Below are positions 57,388-64,000 of a DNA stretch of 64,000 nt, one piece after another (the stretch's first letter is position 1; the number at the start of each line of letters is the position of its first letter). The stretch comes from Candidatus Heimdallarchaeota archaeon (GTDB taxonomy: Archaea; Asgardarchaeota; Heimdallarchaeia; JABLTI01). The position numbers and the translations under genes were made by a program. The stretch is taken from the NCBI GenBank assembly GCA_019056785.1, contig DXJV01000025.1:1-64000 (forward strand), given 5' to 3'. The notes under the pieces are model-generated. The model did not search any database and was not told the origin of the DNA. It was given only the letters and a program-made list of their open reading frames with translations.

Positions 57388-60300
57388 TCATTGTGGGGTG
57401 ATGATTATTTGTGCTAAGGCACGGATGTAAGAATAGAATGTATCCGCAGCCGAAGAGCCAATATATCGCTCTATTAAAGTATTGAAAAACTCGAGTGCCT
57501 TAATTTCTTTTTTATTCAAATCATTATAAGTTGCTTTCCTTATGAACTCTTCAATGGTTTGATCCTCTTTAACACGTTTTAATGAATAATATTTTGTAAC
57601 GAGAAAACGTATCTCGGTTTTATCATCCGGTAGCTTCTTGAGGGCAACTGATGGTAAAGAGGAAAAGACAGGTGAAAGAATGTTTTTTGGAATAGCAACA
57701 TTCCCCAGACTGATATACCAGTTCTTGCTTCGCTCATCGAATTTTACAATGCGGTCTTCTTTGAAAATTGAGAATGCATCAGAAAGCGCTGTTCTTACGA
57801 TCTTATTAAAAGCCGGGACGATCTCTTCTTCAAGAGTAGTGCGAATTATTGTCACTTTGTCTTTAGGTGAATCCTTTTTCGGGATTGCTTGAAGAGCCTG
57901 TGTGATCTTTTTCCCGAGAGCTTCATATGGCAAAGGAGAGTCATTTGTTTTTGAAAAAGAGGACCAGAAAAGTTTCTCGATAATTTCTTCAATGAATTGT
58001 GAATGCTCAACCCAAAGAGGTGTATAAATTTTTATCAAATCTTGAAAATCGCCCTTTATGGGAGAAATATTGACAATTGATTTAAGGCTTTGCTCATCCA
58101 TTAACACGGAATATTTATTGGGATGATAACGAAGGCTCTTATGAATATTCTTTGAGGCGTCCTGGAAAAGCTGTTGGAGCTCTGCCGGGCGAATCTTTCG
58201 TCCTAACTTACCACCTGCAAGAACTGAAGAAAACCATCGATTTACATTTCGTAAAGCCTTTAGCTGGGTGCCGAATTTTTCTTTCCCATCGGTTCTGCCG
58301 GCTTTAGTTCTAATTTGCTTTTCTAAGTTTTCAATTGCAGTTTTAATTTTAGCGAAATTTTTTAGCAAAACTTGAGAGGAGAAATTGAGCCATAAATACT
58401 CCATAACAAATGGTTTAGCAAGGAGGTCTTCCAAAATACCCTCAGCTTTTAATTCAGGAATCGTTACGTGCAACCGTTTTAGGGACGCTTTAGTTAATGA
58501 GGAAAGTTTCTTTTGTTCGACGCTCTTAATGCGGCCGGCCGAAAAAGCCTCTGAAGCCAATTGAAATGGTGTGGGTAGAAGAGCCGAAAATTTGAGCTGT
58601 TGAGAAAGGAATTTAACAGTTTTGCGAGAGAATAATTCGCGCGCATTTGGGCGCTTAGAAAGACGTGTAAGAATAGAAGTAAGAACATACAAACTTTGCA
58701 AATCGAGAGCAATCTTTTGGATCATCTTACTCATAGTTGTTGGTAGCAGAGGAAACTTTTCAGGGCCAAAGATCTTTTGTAAAATTCGTCCAGTGGTTGC
58801 TTCTAGAGAGGCACGGAAGGATTTGAAGAAGTAGGAGAGGTTTTCATAATTCTCAAAACGAGTTGTTGTTGCTTTTGCCTTCGCAGCACGTTTTAAAACC
58901 AACTTCTTTGTATCAGCAGGTATTGTAAAGGCTAAGATATGCTCAAACTGCTGGATGCTTTTTTGCAGTAGCTCTTCTGGCTTATATTTCCGACCATAAC
59001 TTGACTTTGCCAAGCAATCAGTTAGAAGGGTATAAACAATGTCAGGAACCTTTCGGAATTGATAGGGATGGATGACTTGTTGAAGAAAATACAGGAGCAT
59101 AAGGTCTTGAATTGATGAAGACTTTTCTTGGATAACAGATGAATGAATTTGCCCCACAGAATTATACAGAATGACAGCCTCATCCAGTGTAGTCGAAAAT
59201 TTCTCGAGCGTTTTTGTGCATTCTTTTTTAATGTACTGCTCGAGACTTTTAAGCTCAGGATTAGCAATTAGAATAAAAGGATGTTCTTTTTTAATGGACT
59301 CCACAAAACGATTGTAGGAAGAAAGAATGATCTCATTCTTTCGTTTTAGAAAATCATTTGGCGAGTATTTCACAGTAAATTGCTGGATAATGCCTGTCAA
59401 TTTTTCAGAAATCCAGCTCTTGTCTGCCAATTCCTCCTTTAACACACGTGCCAGCGCCTTATTTACAACGGACTCTAGCTCTTTTTTATCAAAAACGGTT
59501 TCTTTTGACATGGCAACGAATTTCAAGGGAAATTTATTGAATAATTTCCGGTATAACTCCTGATTCATGTTGCTCAATAATTCTGGGACTTTTGTTTTAA
59601 GCTGTTCAAGTTTGGTGACCATAACCTTTTCGAACAAGAAACTTTCATTTATCAACTCAACATCAGGGATTTCGCCTTTTTCACGTCGAGAAAGCGCACG
59701 GGACGAATCATTTAATTGTCTAATAATCTTAAGGATTTCGCCGGTAATTTCCTTCCGGGCAACAGATGATTTCTTTCGGAGAAAGTTGTCCAAAATTTTA
59801 ATAATTTCACCAAAAGGATTTGGAGATTGAGCAAAAAGAAAGGGGAAAAACGCATCATCTTTAATCCCTTGAATGTAGAGATACTGGGCAAGTATAGTCA
59901 GCAATTCCTTATGGCTTAAATGGGCCAGGCGTTGTGAGACGAATTCATGGGACCATTCTTCAAAAGAACTCTGATCCTCCCAAATGCCCTCCAACACTTT
60001 AATGAGCTTGGGTTTCACGCTTTTTACTAACTGTTTCACTTTATCCGAATGCTTGCGGTAAAGCTGATTAGCAACGGCTGCAATTTGAGCATAAGCTTGA
60101 TCAATTTTCGGTACCAAACCGATGGCCGTATACTCATTTTCAAAGGTAGTTACAATTACTCGCGCCAATTCAGTTGCGTACAGAGCAATAAAATCGAGAC
60201 ACTTATCTTCCCCTTCAAAGCCTTTAATTGCTATTAAAATAATCGGGGAATGGTCTCCAACCCGGATTGCTTTAGAGGCCAAGATACCATTTTGGAAACG

Positions 60301-60498
60301 TGAAAGATTCAATGTATCAATTGAAGCTGCTGCTTCAAGATTAGGTTCATCACTTGCTAAACCGATTTCTTGTGCAAAGTTTGCTAACGCACCACCGAGA
60401 GCACTAACTAAAGAAGTATCTGTTTGAATGAATCCTAAAGAAAGGAAATCAGTATTATCTTCTCTACAAATGATGATTTGGGCGTCCAAGACAAACAC
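57388..60498 (-). CDS. Large protein with putative N-terminal longin-like domain and ~900-aa alpha-helical body
   Basis: N-terminus reads as beta-beta-alpha-beta-beta-beta-alpha with 'DTSLVSALGGALANFAQEIG', like the helix-1 pattern of Asgard longin domains. The remainder is helical with no recognised enzyme motif. Confidence 0.6.
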   Translation of the reverse strand: MFVLDAQIIICREDNTDFLSLGFIQTDTSLVSALGGALANFAQEIGLASDEPNLEAAASIDTLNLSRFQNGILASKAIRVGDHSPIILIAIKGFEGEDKCLDFIALYATELARVIVTTFENEYTAIGLVPKIDQAYAQIAAVANQLYRKHSDKVKQLVKSVKPKLIKVLEGIWEDQSSFEEWSHEFVSQRLAHLSHKELLTILAQYLYIQGIKDDAFFPFLFAQSPNPFGEIIKILDNFLRKKSSVARKEITGEILKIIRQLNDSSRALSRREKGEIPDVELINESFLFEKVMVTKLEQLKTKVPELLSNMNQELYRKLFNKFPLKFVAMSKETVFDKKELESVVNKALARVLKEELADKSWISEKLTGIIQQFTVKYSPNDFLKRKNEIILSSYNRFVESIKKEHPFILIANPELKSLEQYIKKECTKTLEKFSTTLDEAVILYNSVGQIHSSVIQEKSSSIQDLMLLYFLQQVIHPYQFRKVPDIVYTLLTDCLAKSSYGRKYKPEELLQKSIQQFEHILAFTIPADTKKLVLKRAAKAKATTTRFENYENLSYFFKSFRASLEATTGRILQKIFGPEKFPLLPTTMSKMIQKIALDLQSLYVLTSILTRLSKRPNARELFSRKTVKFLSQQLKFSALLPTPFQLASEAFSAGRIKSVEQKKLSSLTKASLKRLHVTIPELKAEGILEDLLAKPFVMEYLWLNFSSQVLLKNFAKIKTAIENLEKQIRTKAGRTDGKEKFGTQLKALRNVNRWFSSVLAGGKLGRKIRPAELQQLFQDASKNIHKSLRYHPNKYSVLMDEQSLKSIVNISPIKGDFQDLIKIYTPLWVEHSQFIEEIIEKLFWSSFSKTNDSPLPYEALGKKITQALQAIPKKDSPKDKVTIIRTTLEEEIVPAFNKIVRTALSDAFSIFKEDRIVKFDERSKNWYISLGNVAIPKNILSPVFSSLPSVALKKLPDDKTEIRFLVTKYYSLKRVKEDQTIEEFIRKATYNDLNKKEIKALEFFNTLIERYIGSSAADTFYSYIRALAQIIITPQ

Positions 60499-60739
60499 CT
60501 AATTCTTCTTGAAAGTTAATTCTTAACTAGAACATCAATAGTAACCATCTCGAATGGGTTCTAAAGATTTTTTCTAGAGGCATGTTTTTTTTTGCTTTTT
60601 TATAGAAAAAGTAATGCTTTTAAAATACTTTGGAATACTAACAATTTTAAGTCAGAGACGGGGAGAAGGTCAAATGCCTCTATCAAAGTTTTTTTAATAA
60701 TAGATTCCTAAAGCTGGTTAAAAAGAAGATAGATTCTAA

Positions 60740-61837
60740 TTGTACTTGAAGAGTATGATTTTAAATAAGAAAAAGAATGAAAGGATGAATTCAATCATGG
60801 CATTTGATATTATAAAAGAACAACGAATGATTCGTACACTGTTTTATTCTTTAATTCACTCGGCAAATTTTCTTGCAGATAGAGCCGACCAGAAACAGAA
60901 ATTCATCCAAGATATTGCTACATTTGTTCGAGAACGCTCCATGGTTGAAGATGATACGCGTGATAAATGTGAGCTTGTAAAAGAGACCTTGGAAATGTTC
61001 GGATGGAAAAGCACCAAAATTGATTATTTGGAAGGAGAGACAGAAGGACGCGTATTTCTAGGGAAAAATCGATATATCCCAAATGATTTAGCTGATTCGC
61101 AAGGAGCGTTAATTGTTCTCCAAGCATTTATCGAGGGGTTGTGTTTTCATTTAATAAAAGCACCAGTAGATGCTCGTGCTGAACTCTCACTTCGCACAGG
61201 AAGTTTCTATGAAATTACTTTCACGCGCAGCAGCAAAGAAGCAACCACTCCAACTTATGTGAAAAAGACACCTCACCTGGCTGAAGAGACAATTGACATG
61301 TCAATCCATGACAACCTAACCATTGAACAGCTTTTCTATCCCATCTTTACCCGTGAAATTCCAACTATGATACTTTTTGACGCTGCCTGGAAAGTCATTC
61401 GAGAATCCTATGTGGCCAATGCCCTGGGGAGTGAACTCGCCGAACAAGAAGAACTAAAAAAACCGAGTATTAGAAACATTTCCATTATCATTAAAAAGCT
61501 AACTGAGAAAGCTCCTGAAGAAGAAATCTTGAACATGGCAGAAATCATAGGGGAATTTTTTGCCAAATTTTTAAAGACGAAGATTTCAGATGCACTTTAT
61601 GACAAACTGCAACCAACTTTAAAAGACAAGCATGCGACAAGCTACTTGGTGTATTACGATTGTAAACAATTCTGTAGTAATGATCGTTTTATTAACCGCT
61701 GCATATTCATTCGGGGAATGTGGACCGGCATTTTGAGTGAAGTTTTAGGTTTTCCAATTCAAATAAAGGAAGTCTTCCATGCAGGAAAAAGAGATCGCTA
61801 CTGTATGATTGAATTTGAACCGGAAAAAAATGCATGA
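60740..61837 (+). CDS. Tandem V4R/Bet3(TRAPP)-like domain protein
   Basis: Repeat 1 'LEMFGW..IDY..LQAFIEGLC..YEITF'; repeat 2 'AEIIGEFFA..YYDCKQFC..CIFIRGMWTGILSEVLG..IKEV..YCMIEF'. True start is probably the ATG at 60785 or 60797. Confidence 0.65.
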   Translation: MYLKSMILNKKKNERMNSIMAFDIIKEQRMIRTLFYSLIHSANFLADRADQKQKFIQDIATFVRERSMVEDDTRDKCELVKETLEMFGWKSTKIDYLEGETEGRVFLGKNRYIPNDLADSQGALIVLQAFIEGLCFHLIKAPVDARAELSLRTGSFYEITFTRSSKEATTPTYVKKTPHLAEETIDMSIHDNLTIEQLFYPIFTREIPTMILFDAAWKVIRESYVANALGSELAEQEELKKPSIRNISIIIKKLTEKAPEEEILNMAEIIGEFFAKFLKTKISDALYDKLQPTLKDKHATSYLVYYDCKQFCSNDRFINRCIFIRGMWTGILSEVLGFPIQIKEVFHAGKRDRYCMIEFEPEKNA

Positions 61838-61857
61838 AAGCGAATGATGAAGCTCTG

Positions 61858-63147
61858 TCACTTTTCAAGCTCATTTGCCATTTGTTGTCGAACTTTTGCT
61901 AAGACTTCAGTTATAGTTAAGCCTGTAGCATTGACAATGGTTTTTACATCTTCAAATTCTGGTTTGAAATGAGCTATTGCGCCTGTTTTTGTATAAGCGA
62001 TCTTACCTTTAAGAGCAAAATGTTTTCCATTAATAACAACCTGAAAATGCTTGATTTCTCTTGGAAGCATCAGCTTTGTTCCACGTAAGATGCGAACGCC
62101 TATCGTACTTGTTTGATTCATAATTTCTGTTGCAAAACGTTCTATCTCCTCCTCTGCGCACAAAACAGAAACTTTTGTGGCGGGCCGTCCTTTCTTCATG
62201 AATAAGGGTGTAAGATAGACATCCTTTGCACCGAGTTCGAATAATCTTTCGGTTAAGAATCCAATAACTTCTCCGGAGCAATCGTCAAGGTTGGTTTCTA
62301 TGATAGCAATCTCCTCTTTGGGGTAGCTTTGCTGCACCAATGAGCCGAGGAATAAACGCAAACTATTCGGGGTGTTTTCAAAAGTTTTTGTCCCGAAACC
62401 CGTTCCCACCTTTTCTAACTGAAAAATGGGTGGTGTGGTAATAAAAGTTGTTTCTAATATTTTTTGTAAAGCAGCAATAATGGCAATTCCTGTTGGAGTA
62501 GTTAATTCTCCTGCTAGTGGCCCCATCATAACAGGGATAGAGAATTTGTGGGCTATTTCTGTTACAGCCGGCACTGGCACAGGTAAGGTCCCATGAGAGA
62601 AGGTAATTGTTCCCGAACCCAAAGCAACTGGTAAAACAAAAAGAGTCACTGTAAAAAGCTCCAGACGATCTAAAAGAGTTGCAGCCCCCAATATATCTAG
62701 AAAAGTATCCAGGGAACCCACTTCATGCAAGTGGGTTTTTTCTACGGGGATATTGTGGGCTGCTGCTTCAGCTTCAAAGAGAATGTGAAATGCTTTCTTA
62801 CTGAAATCTTTCGCTCGTTTTGATAACTGTTGTTGTTTTGTGTACTGGTCAATTATTGCCAGTGCATCAGAAAGCCGGAGGTGCCTTTTTGGTTCTTTAA
62901 TATGAATATGTAATTGAAGACCCTGATGAACAAATTGTTCTATTTGTTCGAGAGTGAGAGTAAATTCCGCCTTCCCCTCCAAACCCGCAGCTTTAACAAC
63001 ATTTGAAGCGACTAGTTGAAGTGCTTGCAACCTGTTTTTATTTGCCTGTTCTATAGAAAGGTCTGTAAAAAGAAGGTCCAGTAGTGCTGCTAAGAACTTG
63101 TCGCCTGAAATGCCCGTGTGTTGGGCATCAATAATTAATTGTCTCAT
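61858..63147 (-). CDS. larC: Nickel pincer cofactor biosynthesis protein LarC
   Basis: 'GISGDKFLAALLDL', 'HLHEVGSLD', 'HGTLPVPVPA', 'ELTTPTG', 'ETNLDD', 'MKKGRP', 'KPEFED'. Confidence 0.93.
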   Translation of the reverse strand: MRQLIIDAQHTGISGDKFLAALLDLLFTDLSIEQANKNRLQALQLVASNVVKAAGLEGKAEFTLTLEQIEQFVHQGLQLHIHIKEPKRHLRLSDALAIIDQYTKQQQLSKRAKDFSKKAFHILFEAEAAAHNIPVEKTHLHEVGSLDTFLDILGAATLLDRLELFTVTLFVLPVALGSGTITFSHGTLPVPVPAVTEIAHKFSIPVMMGPLAGELTTPTGIAIIAALQKILETTFITTPPIFQLEKVGTGFGTKTFENTPNSLRLFLGSLVQQSYPKEEIAIIETNLDDCSGEVIGFLTERLFELGAKDVYLTPLFMKKGRPATKVSVLCAEEEIERFATEIMNQTSTIGVRILRGTKLMLPREIKHFQVVINGKHFALKGKIAYTKTGAIAHFKPEFEDVKTIVNATGLTITEVLAKVRQQMANELEK

Positions 63148-63233
63148 ACTATCCCTCGAGTTTATTAGTAAATTATCAGTTAGACACTAAATAATAGTCT
63201 TTTTGCTATATGAAATAAAGATAGCCGTCTTTT

Positions 63234-63998
63234 TCAACTTTGGCTGATGGATTCTAAAATCAACTGCTCAAAGAAACGCCCCTTTGTATAGAAAAGGTCT
63301 GCCGCTTGTTGGCCAATATAGGATTCTACCAATCCGGCTAGAGAATCCAATGTTTTGAGAAAATTAGAACGCATATATTCTCGCAAACCTTCATACAGAA
63401 AGTTTCGAATTGTCTGTGACTGTTTTTGCCTGGGAGTGATTAGAGGAAGGAGGGAAGTCAAATTAAGGTTAAGTTCGGTTTTATCTTCTCCCTTTTTAGT
63501 GAGTTTGCAACAATGAGTTTTATCAAAATAAATAGCTAGAAGCTCAGCTGGGAAGGATATCGTAGCCAACGGAAGAAGAAAAGCATTTGCTCTTTGACTA
63601 TATCTTACAAAAAGATCATCTGAAAGTATAGCAAAGACTCGCGAGATAGCAGTTCGCACGGCATGATTGAACAAAACGAAAACTTCATCTTCAATTGTCT
63701 TGCGAATGATAATTGTCTGTGCTGTTTTCTCGCCCTTAGTCGCTTCTTCCTGTAAATTCATAAGAATTTTTGCTTCAATAGAACCCTTTTGGACATCCTT
63801 TTTGACCAGATCCCAAAGAAGCTTTTCATGTAATTTATCAAAAAATGCCGAATCACGAACCCATGTTGAGGCATAAACTTCTACAATACGCTGATATCCA
63901 CCAAAAGTTGAAGTTAATTGCTTTTTATTTTGTGTAAATGTTGGTGAGTATGCTTTCAAGGAAAATCCGGGGAAGGATTTCTTAGAATAATACTGAAT
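63234..63998 (-). CDS. C-terminal part of a paralog of the 57388..60498 giant protein (5' end beyond the window)
   Basis: Frame is open to the window edge. 'TIIIRKTIEDEVFVLFNHAVRTAISRVFAILSDD' vs 'VTIIRTTLEEEIVPAFNKIVRTALSDAFSIFKED', and 'LVESYIGQQAADLFY' vs 'LIERYIGSSAADTFY'. Confidence 0.8.
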   Translation of the reverse strand: MQYYSKKSFPGFSLKAYSPTFTQNKKQLTSTFGGYQRIVEVYASTWVRDSAFFDKLHEKLLWDLVKKDVQKGSIEAKILMNLQEEATKGEKTAQTIIIRKTIEDEVFVLFNHAVRTAISRVFAILSDDLFVRYSQRANAFLLPLATISFPAELLAIYFDKTHCCKLTKKGEDKTELNLNLTSLLPLITPRQKQSQTIRNFLYEGLREYMRSNFLKTLDSLAGLVESYIGQQAADLFYTKGRFFEQLILESISQS

Positions 63999-64000
63999 AA

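Noticed and set aside
61858-63147. Programmed frameshift in larC
   Set aside because: The gene is one continuous ORF covering both LarC halves.
589-63876. Numerous 60-160 aa ORFs antisense to or overlapping the called genes (e.g. 16031..16522, 27976..28449, 29555..29974, 52974..53402)
   Set aside because: They are shadow ORFs of well-supported genes, with no motifs or independent initiation signals.
1-64000. Mobile elements, prophage, CRISPR arrays, rRNA
   Set aside because: No transposase, integrase, capsid or cas motifs, no terminal inverted repeats or repeat-spacer arrays, and no long GC-rich rRNA-like tract were seen.

Overview
AT-rich, gene-dense archaeal chromosomal segment. A group II chaperonin, SRP19, Gar1 and an ARD1-type acetyltransferase indicate an archaeon. 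Eukaryotic-signature-like proteins (a gelsolin-domain protein, a Rab-like small GTPase, a putative longin-domain giant protein and a tandem V4R/Bet3-like protein) point to an Asgard archaeon, possibly Heimdallarchaeia (inference). Most of the ~50 genes are housekeeping or metabolic (purB, purC, citG, thermosome, hypA, uppP, larC, peroxiredoxin, ABC exporter, M42 peptidase, ADP-forming acyl-CoA ligase). I saw no rRNA, tRNA, CRISPR array or transposase. Highlights: (1) a candidate proto-TRAPP-like locus at the right end, with a 1036-aa longin-like plus helical protein head-to-head with a tandem V4R/Bet3-like protein and a second giant paralog running off the window; (2) a gelsolin-domain (1DGelX-like) gene followed by a Rab-like GTPase whose P-loop can only be translated from a non-canonical ATT start; (3) two giant tandem REC-PAS-GAF proteins with no output domain; (4) tandem double-zinc-ribbon site-2 proteases, one split by an in-frame TAA; (5) a switch-like structured intergenic element near trmB; (6) a tandem ribbon-helix-helix regulator with a candidate operator; (7) degV and tldE/pmbA pseudogenes, the latter with a C-to-T (CpG) decay pattern. 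All family calls come from motif recognition by eye; no searches were run.
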